Below, in pieces: positions 27,512 through 36,272 of a DNA stretch of 64,000 bases. Origin of the DNA: Patescibacteria group bacterium (GTDB taxonomy: Bacteria > Patescibacteriota > Minisyncoccia > Phycocordibacterales > PALSA-1337); the NCBI GenBank assembly GCA_040384285.1, contig JAZKJN010000006.1:46709-110708 (forward strand), written 5' to 3'. The translations under genes were made by a program, and so were the position numbers. The notes below the pieces were generated by a model that made no database searches, was not told the origin of the DNA, and saw nothing but the letters and a program-made list of their open reading frames with translations. Positions within the stretch are counted from its first letter, which is position 1, and every line of letters begins with the position of its first letter.

Positions 27512-27967
27512 ATGGACAATCCAAAAGTTACAGTGAAGGAAACAGGAAAATTTGGTAAAGGTGTCTTTGCGCATGAAAAAATTCTCAAAGGCGAAGTTAT
27601 CGCCGAGTTTGATGGAGAAATATACGGCTGGGATGATGAGAGATGGAGTCAAGAATTGTACGACCACGTTGTTCAATTTGAAGAAAAGAAATGGCGTGAT
27701 TCAAAAGGCATAGCACGTTGGATAAATCATTCTTGTAATCCTAATTGTGGAATCAAGGAACTTTTTAAAGTTACCGCGATGCGAGACATAGAACCTGGCG
27801 AAGAAATAACTTGGGATTATGAAATGACAGAGAAGCATCCATGGTGGAGAATGAAATGCGAATGTGGAAGCACTCTTTGCCGTAAGGAGATTGGAAATTT
27901 TGATGCTATGCCACAGAATATCCGAGAAAGGTATCGTGGTTATATTTCGGAATGGTTGCTAAAATAG
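27512..27967 (+). CDS. SET-domain protein (putative lysine methyltransferase).
   Basis: RWINHSCNPNC and ITWDY motifs plus a C-terminal Cys cluster (post-SET). The start is at MDNPK, immediately after the upstream stop codon. Confidence 0.65.
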   Translation: MDNPKVTVKETGKFGKGVFAHEKILKGEVIAEFDGEIYGWDDERWSQELYDHVVQFEEKKWRDSKGIARWINHSCNPNCGIKELFKVTAMRDIEPGEEITWDYEMTEKHPWWRMKCECGSTLCRKEIGNFDAMPQNIRERYRGYISEWLLK

Positions 27968-27972
27968 ATAGT

Positions 27973-28578
27973 ATGAGAAAAATTATCACATCAACTTTTA
28001 TCACCCTCGATGGCGTCATGCAGGCTCCTGGTGGACCGACAGAAGATACGAGCAACGGCTTCAAGTACGGCGGATGGCAGACATCATTTCCTTCGGACGA
28101 AATGGCAGGGTCTGTTCTCTCTGGATTCTTTCAGTCTCCCTTTGAGCTTCTCCTGGGAAAAGTCACCTATGATATTTTTGCGGGATATTGGCCACAGGCA
28201 ACCACAGACCTCGAAGTAGCAGTTCCTTTCAACACAACAAAGAAATACGTAGTGTCACATTCCTCATTTGAACCTTCATGGAACAATTCAGCGTGTATTA
28301 CGGGTGATGTTGTAGCGCAGATCGAAAAGCTTAAAACTGAAGACGGTCCTGATCTCTGGGTGTATGGCAGTGGAAACTTGATCCAGACATTACTCAAACA
28401 CAATCTCATCGATCGCATGCATGTCTGGATACATCCCATCACCATCGGTACAGGCAAGAAACTTTTTCTAGAAGGAACACAGGCGCAAAACTTCAAACTC
28501 GTAGAATCAAAAACAGGAAGCACAGGACTTATTTTAGCTACGTATGAACCGGGAGAAGAGTTGAAGGTAAACATTTAA
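27973..28578 (+). CDS. Dihydrofolate-reductase-family protein (RibD C-terminal / YyaP-like).
   Basis: MRKIITSTFITLDGVMQAPGG...LWVYGSGNLIQTLL...HPITIGTGKKLF. Confidence 0.65.
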   Translation: MRKIITSTFITLDGVMQAPGGPTEDTSNGFKYGGWQTSFPSDEMAGSVLSGFFQSPFELLLGKVTYDIFAGYWPQATTDLEVAVPFNTTKKYVVSHSSFEPSWNNSACITGDVVAQIEKLKTEDGPDLWVYGSGNLIQTLLKHNLIDRMHVWIHPITIGTGKKLFLEGTQAQNFKLVESKTGSTGLILATYEPGEELKVNI

Positions 28579-28586
28579 TAAACTCG

Positions 28587-28835
28587 ATGAAAAACTCTAT
28601 CCTAAAAATCATGGCATGGTCAGCGGTTGCATTGATTATTCCCCTTCTAGGAAATCAGTTTATTGAAGGTTGGAATTGGAGCTGGCACGACTTTGTCTTC
28701 GCATGGGTATTTTGGGTAATCATGGCTACGAGTATTGTTTTTGCTATGCGACAATTTGGTAAATATCGAATCGCTATCGGCATAGCTGTCTTTCTCGCCT
28801 TTGCTGCTGTATGGGTACTGCTTGCTACGGGATAG
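28587..28835 (+). CDS. Small membrane protein.
   Basis: 82 aa, Trp-rich, 2-3 TM segments. Confidence 0.4.
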   Translation: MKNSILKIMAWSAVALIIPLLGNQFIEGWNWSWHDFVFAWVFWVIMATSIVFAMRQFGKYRIAIGIAVFLAFAAVWVLLATG

Positions 28836-28844
28836 AATAAACAT

Positions 28845-29345
28845 ATGCAAACAAGAAAAGAATTTCCGACTGACAAATTCGTCTATAAATACCTTGCGGG
28901 TCCCGTTGAAACCTCAGAAGAAATCGAGGTCGGAGTACCTGAGGGTAATTGTCGCTTTGCCCTCCAACTCTACTTCTATCGCAACCACGGAATTTTCTTT
29001 AAGAAAGATCAGATTTACCTTCCAGGTGGATACAAAGTTCTTGGTAAATTTATTTTTCAAGAAGAATCTATTGACTTTGATGAGTTGAAATTAGGAGATG
29101 TTATATACGCACAGAACCTTCGGAACAAAGAAGGAGAAGAGGTAGATAAAAGTTTGGAGAGGTATAAAGACAAAGATGAATGGTTATACTATCTTCATTC
29201 TGCGATTTACTTAGGAAAAATAAATGATGGAACAGATAATCGATATGTCTGGCATGCAACCCACATTGACGGAGGTCCTACCCTATGGACCCTAGAAAAG
29301 TTTGAGCATTACTATAAACCAATTTCAGCCAAGAGAGTTTTGTAA
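28845..29345 (+). CDS. Hypothetical protein with a conserved Cys/His pair (possible papain-like hydrolase fold).
   Basis: GNCRFALQ ... LHSAIYLG ... VWHATH pattern. The fold is assigned from motif spacing only. Confidence 0.4.
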   Translation: MQTRKEFPTDKFVYKYLAGPVETSEEIEVGVPEGNCRFALQLYFYRNHGIFFKKDQIYLPGGYKVLGKFIFQEESIDFDELKLGDVIYAQNLRNKEGEEVDKSLERYKDKDEWLYYLHSAIYLGKINDGTDNRYVWHATHIDGGPTLWTLEKFEHYYKPISAKRVL

Positions 29346-29358
29346 AGTAGAGAAAGGC

Positions 29359-31035
29359 TTAACCCCTCGGCCCACACCCCAACAACACCCTCCCCAACCG
29401 TATATGTAAATACGAAACATTTGGCCCCACTTTGTTTTTGACCTTCGACAGGAGTACTTCATCATCTGTCTCAAGTATTTCATTGATCGCCTTCTCTATC
29501 TTCTTCCAATGAGCAAATGATATTTCTTTTTTAAGATATGCGATATCAGGTTCGACTCCTTCGGAGATGAGTTTTTCGATATGGGTAAGTATTGTCTCTG
29601 TTGTCACTCCTCGCTCGCTCGCCATGTCTTTGAGACTTTTTCGCTCCTCGATCAAAAGTGCAGTGAGCTCATGTGGTGCAAGTTTAAGTCCACTTCCCCC
29701 CTTGCTCTTTGGTACCGCCCATTCGAGAAAATCTTTTTGCTCTCCGTGAAGTTTTTCAGTATTTTTTAAAATTGTCTTACGCGCAACACTTGATTGTTCC
29801 TGGAGTTCTCGATCGAAAAGAAGAACATCTTCGTGAACCATAAGGGCAGTAGCGTTGAGACCGAGTATACTCAACCCTGCAAGCGACCTCACTCGCGACA
29901 AAGCCACATATCCCATCCCTGGCTCAAAAGCTTTTGAAAGATCCACCTCCACCGCATCCAAGCTCATCCCCTGGCTTTTGTGCACCGTGATCCCCCAGGC
30001 ATGACGAAGTGGGTACTGAGTGATCTCAGCTTTTACCTTGCCATCCTCCTCGATCTTCCATGAAGCAGGCTCGATGGTGATCTCGCGCCCTCCTGTCGTG
30101 CGTATGACGGGGTGTAAACTTTTCTTGCAGGAAACCACCATACCGAGCGTACCGTTTACATATCCTTCTTCAAAATTGTTCTTCACACACATCACCGCTG
30201 CACCAAGTTTCAATTTCAGTTTCTCTGGCGCAAGACATGACTTTTTTAAAATCTCAACAATAGGAAGATGACCTTTTGCAGACATCACATAGAGAGCCTC
30301 TTCGGGACTCTGGAGCTTTTCGAGCTCGAGTGCATTTAAAGCATCTACATCCATGTTGTGGGTAAAGAGTTTGGTAGCACGAACGCCCTTCTCTGGTGTC
30401 TTTCCCATCCGTGTCTCAAGTAGTTTTTTAGATGCATCACTCACATCCCCACTTCTGATTTCATTTAAAATATCTATCATCGAGTCATCTTTTTGGCGGA
30501 ACTGTTCGCTCAGATAGCAGACAGTAAAGTCTCCTTGTTTCCACGCCTCTCCGTGATATACAAACTGTGTCTCTTCACCCGATTCCGAAAAACCTCGCTG
30601 TACTGGAGGAAGCTGAAAGAAATCCCCCACAAGCACCACCTGCACACCACCAAAAGGGTCACTGGTACCTTTCATTGTTCGGAGCACCTGATCCACAAGA
30701 TCAAGTCGGAAATGATGGAGCATAGAGACCTCATCGATGATGAGCACTCTCACCTTTTCAAAACGTTTTGAAAGATATGGTTTCTCAGCCATGGCTTCGA
30801 GATCACTTTCATCCAAAGTATCCTTCACTCCAATCCCCGCCCAGGAATGTATGGTCATCCCTCCCATGTGCGTCGCAGCAATACCGGTCGAAGCAGTGAT
30901 CCCTGGATCAATATCGTTCTTTTTGAGATATGCAATGTAGGAATTGGTAAGATGCGTCTTGCCGCTTCCAGCAGGACCTGTCAAAAACACATTGCGACCA
31001 GTCTTTAAGATTTCTAGGGCTTCGAGTTGGGTCAT
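29359..31035 (-). CDS. PIF1/RecD-like SF1 ATP-dependent DNA helicase with a C-terminal HTH-like extension.
   Basis: Walker A VFLTGPAGSGKTHL. DExx-like LIIDEVSM. C-terminal pattern typical of Pif1 (AWGITVHKSQGMSLD). Confidence 0.75.
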   Translation of the reverse strand: MTQLEALEILKTGRNVFLTGPAGSGKTHLTNSYIAYLKKNDIDPGITASTGIAATHMGGMTIHSWAGIGVKDTLDESDLEAMAEKPYLSKRFEKVRVLIIDEVSMLHHFRLDLVDQVLRTMKGTSDPFGGVQVVLVGDFFQLPPVQRGFSESGEETQFVYHGEAWKQGDFTVCYLSEQFRQKDDSMIDILNEIRSGDVSDASKKLLETRMGKTPEKGVRATKLFTHNMDVDALNALELEKLQSPEEALYVMSAKGHLPIVEILKKSCLAPEKLKLKLGAAVMCVKNNFEEGYVNGTLGMVVSCKKSLHPVIRTTGGREITIEPASWKIEEDGKVKAEITQYPLRHAWGITVHKSQGMSLDAVEVDLSKAFEPGMGYVALSRVRSLAGLSILGLNATALMVHEDVLLFDRELQEQSSVARKTILKNTEKLHGEQKDFLEWAVPKSKGGSGLKLAPHELTALLIEERKSLKDMASERGVTTETILTHIEKLISEGVEPDIAYLKKEISFAHWKKIEKAINEILETDDEVLLSKVKNKVGPNVSYLHIRLGRVLLGCGPRG

Positions 31036-31090
31036 GGAAGTAGTATAGCAAATGGTTAAGGCGGGCGATCATGAGATCGCCCGCCAGGGT

Positions 31091-31324
31091 TTAAGTTGTT
31101 CTCTTCTTCTTTTTAGCCCCGCATAGGTTTGCGAGGTATTGGAAGACGTTTGCGAGGACCTGAAACAGATTTTTCAAGAGCCATCGCCCAAATTGGGTAA
31201 GCTTTTTAAGCTCCCATGAGAGAATCTTGTTTGCTCGTGCAGGTCCACCCATGATCAATCCTATTGCGTAGGAGATGATAAGGATTAACAAGACGAAAAC
31301 AAAGAGTGGGTTGAGGAGTTGCAT
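31091..31324 (-). CDS. Small membrane protein.
   Basis: 77 aa. Confidence 0.35.
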   Translation of the reverse strand: MQLLNPLFVFVLLILIISYAIGLIMGGPARANKILSWELKKLTQFGRWLLKNLFQVLANVFQYLANLCGAKKKKRTT

Positions 31325-31441
31325 CTGTTCCTTACCATAACATATTTATGTATATAAGTCAATAATCTTCTTGTCTTGCATTCTCTCTTTAAATCCGTAG
31401 TATTCAGTTTAGACAACAAGAACAATTAGCAACGGAAAAAT

Positions 31442-31924
31442 ATGGCAATAATGTTCCTACTCCTCAACGGTCCCAACCTCAATTTCTTGGGATTGAGAAA
31501 CACCAAAGTGTACGGGACCCTGACTCTAGAACAGATCGTCAGGGGACTCCAGAAAGACGCGGAATCTCTGGGATGCGAAATCTTTCCTCTTCAGTCCAAT
31601 CACGAAGGGGTTCTGATTGACAATATCCAGCAGGCAGCTAAAAATGGATTTGGTGGAATTATTTTCAACCCAGGAGGGTACACGCATACCAGTGTTGCTC
31701 TTCGCGATGCTGTAGAGATTGCTCGGGATCTCGGGGTGCCTACAGTGGAGATCCATATCACCGACATCACTCAGCGCGAGCCCTTTCGCCAAAAATCTTT
31801 TTTGAGTGAACAGCCCTCGGTGGTTGTAGACACGGTTATGGGCTATGGTCATATGGGATACGGTGTGGCACTCAGAAAGCTTATTGGTCATATCCTCGAG
31901 AATGCCCTACCCAAACAACCTTGA
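31442..31924 (+). CDS. aroQ: 3-dehydroquinate dehydratase, type II.
   Basis: LLNGPNLNFLGLR...HEG...IFNPGGYTHTSVALRDA. Confidence 0.85.
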   Translation: MAIMFLLLNGPNLNFLGLRNTKVYGTLTLEQIVRGLQKDAESLGCEIFPLQSNHEGVLIDNIQQAAKNGFGGIIFNPGGYTHTSVALRDAVEIARDLGVPTVEIHITDITQREPFRQKSFLSEQPSVVVDTVMGYGHMGYGVALRKLIGHILENALPKQP

Positions 31925-31934
31925 TTTCAAGTCT

Positions 31935-31973
31935 GCGCTGTTCTTGCTCTCCTCGGCAAGCACGGCTTTTTTA
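31935..31973 (+). terminator. Intrinsic terminator of aroQ.
   Basis: GC-rich hairpin gctg..cttgc-loop-gcaag..cacggc followed by a T6 tract. Confidence 0.5.
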
Positions 31974-32411
31974 TTACTATAATTTGTAAATAAAAAGACC
32001 CCTCGTTTGTACGAGGGGCTTCGGGGCACTGCGATGACTGTTTAGCCGATCTCGCAAAGATTGCGCGAGGCTACCTTTGGCGTGAGATAGATATTTGGAT
32101 AACCCGTTGATCACCGAATTTCTCCAATGGGTGGGTTTGTTATTGATGAAACCGAAGCCAGAGTCGCCTTTCGACTCCGTACCACTTTCCTGCCAGGATT
32201 TTCTAACCTGGCATATCTGTCACATCAAGCCCGCAGGCGTATCAGTGACAAGGTTTTTCTCATCCAGATAAATCTAGAAACGAAACCTCCCACAACCCCC
32301 AGATCCGCGAGAACCTAGGTTTAGGCTGTTCCCTTTTTAAGGGGGAATAATTATTCAGGAACCGCAATGCCACTGGCAAAGATATCAAACGCCTCCCGTA
32401 AAGTCAACAAT

Positions 32412-32445
32412 AAAAAAACAACCTCTGCCTGTCACGCAGAGGTTG
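32412..32445 (-). terminator. Intrinsic terminator of the MutS-like gene.
   Basis: Minus strand reads caacctctgc-gtgacag-gcagaggttg followed by a T7 tract. Confidence 0.55.
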
Positions 32446-32464
32446 GTAGAATTCAAACCTTCAT

Positions 32465-34486
32465 TCAGTTCTTCTGGAGGTTGAGGACTTTTTCCAAACC
32501 CATCTCCCGAGCAAGCTCATGGATGTCTGGCTCGCCGATACCTGAACTTATGGTATGAGCCATATCAACCTTGAAACATTTTGCACCAAGGCGATTTTGA
32601 GCATTTTCTGCAAGTGCCGGAATCTGAGTGTTGACCAGCACGGTACAACCGATCTGACGGAAACGCGCAAGTGTTGCCATGCCGAGCCGTTCACCCTGAC
32701 TTGCAGTAGTGCCAGTACCGGCTTCGTCCCAGAACACAAACGTACCGTTCATGGGATGGTTTGCAACCTCCGTTACCACGGCCCCAAGCTTTTCCAGAGA
32801 CAGCTGCATCGTCGAGCCGTCGCCATGCTCCAAATAAATGGAACCAATGACAGTCCGCAGATTCAGGCGCACATTTTTGCCAAACACGGGAAACCCACTG
32901 GCAGCATCGTGCAGAAGACCGAGGATTTCCTCCCCTGTCGTCGTCTTGCCTGCCCCATTTCCTCCTGTGAGCATTGAGATGCCCGCAGCAAGATTTCCGA
33001 GTGCAGTGATAGGACGCAAGTCTTTTGATTCGATAACCCGGCCCTTTGATCCGGAGGTCTTCCGGCCAATCAAGGCAACAGGCCAGAGAGCATCAAACGA
33101 TAACGTTGCCTGTTCCCCTTCCACAATTTCAGGAAAGGAAAGCGGTAATTGCCACCGCCGTGAACGCTCCACGAAGGTATTAGCAATCTTTGCAACATTG
33201 AGAAGCGTATACATGTGATCCGCAGCAAACTCACGGACGTCTTTCGATGCCTGGTAAGTTTCCGTCCATTTCTCCCGACAAACCGTTTCTCCATGAGACC
33301 ACTTGAATTGATCGTCAGAAGCTGGGGACGGGATAACCATTCCATTGCTTCCAAGGAGTTTTTCAAAGTTACCTGCGAACCATTGTTTGAGCCGGGGGTA
33401 GTAGTTAGTGAGCAGATGAGTGATGTACGAACGACGACGCAAGTTATGTTGCATTGTATCGATCTTTTCGAGATCGTCGGAGCGGTAATACCGGCTCCAC
33501 TTTTCGTCCATCGGTTTTGCCCACCTTTCTTCAAACTCGGGGGGAACTGTTTGCTGATCACTGAGTCCCACGAGTTTGATCTTGAGACCCTCCCCATTAT
33601 ACGAGAAGCGAATAACCAGATCCACAAACTCGCCGTCTTTTGATTCGTCAGGAAAAGGAAACAAGCTTTTTTCTTTTTTACCTTCCTCCCGAAGAATATC
33701 GTTCATGTAGTTGCAAATGTCTCGCAAGACCTCGTTCGGAAGCTCCGTCACGATGATCGGATTTGCCCACTTGCGGATCTCACGCCGGATACGGCTTTCT
33801 TCGCGCCGCCGGAGCAAGCTATAGATGCCAATTTTTTCGAAGAATTCATGTTCAAAGAATTCATGGATGGAGACCTTGTCCTTCGGTGGATTCAAGGCAT
33901 ACAATCGATGACCCACCACGTCTTTCGTCCAAGTGGCGAAATTCCACCGACCCTCCTCCTTACGTAACTGGAGGGTGACTGTACCGTCGAGGGTCGTTGC
34001 CTTCAACAATTGATCGACGACTGATTTGCCCATCGCTGCTTCGGAAGATTCCAGCCGCACCTGTTCAGTGCGAAGGTGCTCAGCCATCTGCGACAAGGCG
34101 GGGTTGCTGCGTGAAAAATCAGGAATCTGAGAGACAATCTCTTCAAATTGTTCTACCCTCGTCCAGAACTCATTCTGCTCGTGAGGGTTGAAGTAGTTCA
34201 CGAATTGCTGACCGTCTGCGGGAATCCGGACTGCCGAGCCCATGCGGGCAAAATGATCCATAAGCACGAACTCGCGCAAAGAATCATTTTCAACGAAGAG
34301 CCTAATCAGGTTTTGGCGACGAATCGCCTCTGCCCGATCAGCCGTAGCAAAGGATGAACGAAGTTCACTGTCTTTGATGCCGCGCAACGACAGATGCCGA
34401 TCACGGTTGAGCCCATCGTTGATCCAGAGGATCGGAGAAGCCTGAGAGTTCCACAAGGAAATCGAAGGCAGGGTCGAAGTGTTCAT
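32465..34486 (-). CDS. MutS-related ABC ATPase: MutS domain V only at the C-terminus, with a large uncharacterised N-terminal region.
   Basis: C-terminal MLTGGNGAGKTTT (MutS-type Walker A) and FVFWDEAGTGTTASQGERLGMA (MutS Walker B / DEx-GRGT-DG). No domain I-IV signatures or Smr domain are visible. GC is clearly higher than in neighbouring genes. Confidence 0.65.
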   Translation of the reverse strand: MNTSTLPSISLWNSQASPILWINDGLNRDRHLSLRGIKDSELRSSFATADRAEAIRRQNLIRLFVENDSLREFVLMDHFARMGSAVRIPADGQQFVNYFNPHEQNEFWTRVEQFEEIVSQIPDFSRSNPALSQMAEHLRTEQVRLESSEAAMGKSVVDQLLKATTLDGTVTLQLRKEEGRWNFATWTKDVVGHRLYALNPPKDKVSIHEFFEHEFFEKIGIYSLLRRREESRIRREIRKWANPIIVTELPNEVLRDICNYMNDILREEGKKEKSLFPFPDESKDGEFVDLVIRFSYNGEGLKIKLVGLSDQQTVPPEFEERWAKPMDEKWSRYYRSDDLEKIDTMQHNLRRRSYITHLLTNYYPRLKQWFAGNFEKLLGSNGMVIPSPASDDQFKWSHGETVCREKWTETYQASKDVREFAADHMYTLLNVAKIANTFVERSRRWQLPLSFPEIVEGEQATLSFDALWPVALIGRKTSGSKGRVIESKDLRPITALGNLAAGISMLTGGNGAGKTTTGEEILGLLHDAASGFPVFGKNVRLNLRTVIGSIYLEHGDGSTMQLSLEKLGAVVTEVANHPMNGTFVFWDEAGTGTTASQGERLGMATLARFRQIGCTVLVNTQIPALAENAQNRLGAKCFKVDMAHTISSGIGEPDIHELAREMGLEKVLNLQKN

Positions 34487-34609
34487 AATTTACTCGCTTT
34501 TGTTTGTTGTACCGTATTTGTTATTGTCAAAAAACCAGTGAGATAAAGACCTCATATAGTTCCGTCAAAAGTTACCATTATTTTTGAAAAGTGTCAAAAT
34601 TTGACGACC

Positions 34610-35644
34610 CTATTTACAGACCCCTACCACCGCCATCTCAAGTGGCAATGTTTCGAGATACGCCTTCCCTGTCGCATCATAGGCTCGTAGGAGCTCGAGA
34701 AGCACGGGTGATGTCATGTCACCAGTAGTCGAAAGCCACGCATAGTCTTCCTCTGACATTTGGTCTTTGAGTTCTTTCGCAAGACTTGGTGCATTTTTAA
34801 AGAGAAGCAAAGCTCGAGCTTTTTCGAGAACGAGAGCGTTGAAAGTTTTCATAGCGATACCTCCACTATACGCTTTTGTAATAATTGAAAGCGCTTTGTC
34901 TTTGTCTTTTACAATGAGTGCAGTGAGGAAAGTGTTTACGAGTTCACTTTTTGGAGCACCGGTAGAATCTTCGATATCTTTCAGAGAAACTTTCTCTGCC
35001 TTTGCAGAGCCGATGACTTTTTGCAAAACTCCCAAAGTATCACGGAACGATCCATCACCCAAAAGAGCAATGAGGTCAGCACCTCCTGCTTCAAGAGTAA
35101 TACCTTCTTTTTTAGAGATGGTTTGAACAATTGTTTTGAGGATTTCTCTTGTAGGCTTTTTGAAAGAAAAAACTTGGCAACGAGAAACTACAGTTTCAGG
35201 AATCTTGTCCGTCTCTGTGGTAGCGAGGATAAAGAGAGCGTGTGCGGGTGGTTCCTCGAGAGTTTTCAGAAGTGCATTGAAAGCTTCTTTGGTAAGCATA
35301 TGCACCTCATCGATGATATACACTTTGTAGCGTGATTCAAAAGGAAGGACATGCACTCCATCGCGAATCTCACGGATGTCATCAATACCTCGATTTGAAG
35401 CAGCGTCGATTTCATAAATATCGTTTTCACTGACATCGAGTGCTCGTGCAAAAATACGAGCAAGTGTCGTCTTTCCTGTTCCCCTACCTCCCGAAAAAAG
35501 ATATGCGTGTGAGATGCGGTCATTTGAGAGTGAACCCTGGAGAGAAGAGACGATATGCTCTTGCCCCAAAACAGCATCCCAATCAAGCGGACGGTACTTT
35601 CGGTAGAGGACAGAGGATGTGTGAGTTTCAGCTTTCTTTGCCAT
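34610..35644 (-). CDS. dnaX: DNA polymerase III gamma/tau subunit (short form).
   Basis: YRPLDWDAVLGQEH...GGRGTGKTT...IIDEVHML...SRCQ. Confidence 0.8.
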   Translation of the reverse strand: MAKKAETHTSSVLYRKYRPLDWDAVLGQEHIVSSLQGSLSNDRISHAYLFSGGRGTGKTTLARIFARALDVSENDIYEIDAASNRGIDDIREIRDGVHVLPFESRYKVYIIDEVHMLTKEAFNALLKTLEEPPAHALFILATTETDKIPETVVSRCQVFSFKKPTREILKTIVQTISKKEGITLEAGGADLIALLGDGSFRDTLGVLQKVIGSAKAEKVSLKDIEDSTGAPKSELVNTFLTALIVKDKDKALSIITKAYSGGIAMKTFNALVLEKARALLLFKNAPSLAKELKDQMSEEDYAWLSTTGDMTSPVLLELLRAYDATGKAYLETLPLEMAVVGVCK

Positions 35645-35677
35645 AGTAGAAGTAAGTATATCGTAAAGGGTTTATAT

Positions 35678-35717
35678 ATAAAAGAAAACTCCAGCGAGGC
35701 ACCATGCCTGGCTGGAG
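35678..35717 (-). terminator. Terminator-like hairpin with U-tract 35 nt upstream of dnaX.
   Basis: ctccagc-c-aggca-tgg-tgcct-c-gctggag followed on the minus strand by UUUUCUUUUAUAUAU. Confidence 0.45.
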
Positions 35718-35923
35718 TTGAAGTGTGCCCGCTCAGACTTGACGATGAGCAGGTGCTTCTCTTCTTGTTGTGGCCTTCTTCTTTTACTTACAGAGGACGA
35801 TCTTCATCAGTTAGTCCTTTTGCTAAAACTTCCAAGGAGAGGAGCATGAGAGGTCCAGTGATAACAAGGCAATCACTGACATGTCCGTAAATATAGTAAA
35901 GGATATTTATTTAAAAAGCAACG

Positions 35924-35964
35924 TAAAAGAAAAAGCGCCCGGCGGTATGTTGGCCGCCGGGCGC
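35924..35964 (-). terminator. Strong GC-rich intrinsic terminator.
   Basis: Perfect 11 bp stem gcgcccggcgg/ccgccgggcgc, followed on the minus strand by UUUUUCUUUU. Confidence 0.5.
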
Positions 35965-36272
35965 AAGCAAGTCTTCAGATGGTTACTTCTTCGTGTCCAC
36001 CTCCCCCCAGGTCGGATAGGTGGGCCGGGCCCGCCCAGGATCCTCGTGGCGCGCGCTGATGTTGAGGTGACTGTTGCCGGTTGTGGCTGATTGTCCAATC
36101 GCAAAGCAAAACGATGCTTCTTGCGGTGGACCCGATGACTGATGTTTACCTTTCATCTTCGGCCTTTCTTTTTTCCTGTCCGGAATCGTCCCGTCAGCAG
36201 TAGCGGGTAACCGGATGGATAAGTACAGGATACGATTATATTAAAATGTCGTCAAAAATTTTATCCCCAGCC

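Noticed and set aside
32127-32318. 63 aa ORF in the GC-rich spacer.
   Set aside because: No SD and no protein-like composition. The region is treated as an ncRNA candidate instead.
31976-32411. RNase P RNA, tmRNA or SRP RNA identity for the spacer.
   Set aside because: Searched by eye for P4 GGAAAGUCCGG / ACAGAACCCGGCUUA, tmRNA 5' GGGG / 3' T-arm-CCA and the SRP GGAAGGAAGCAGC. None found. Identity left open.
33763-34357. Several 60-70 aa plus-strand ORFs inside the MutS-like gene.
   Set aside because: Antisense shadows in a GC-rich gene.
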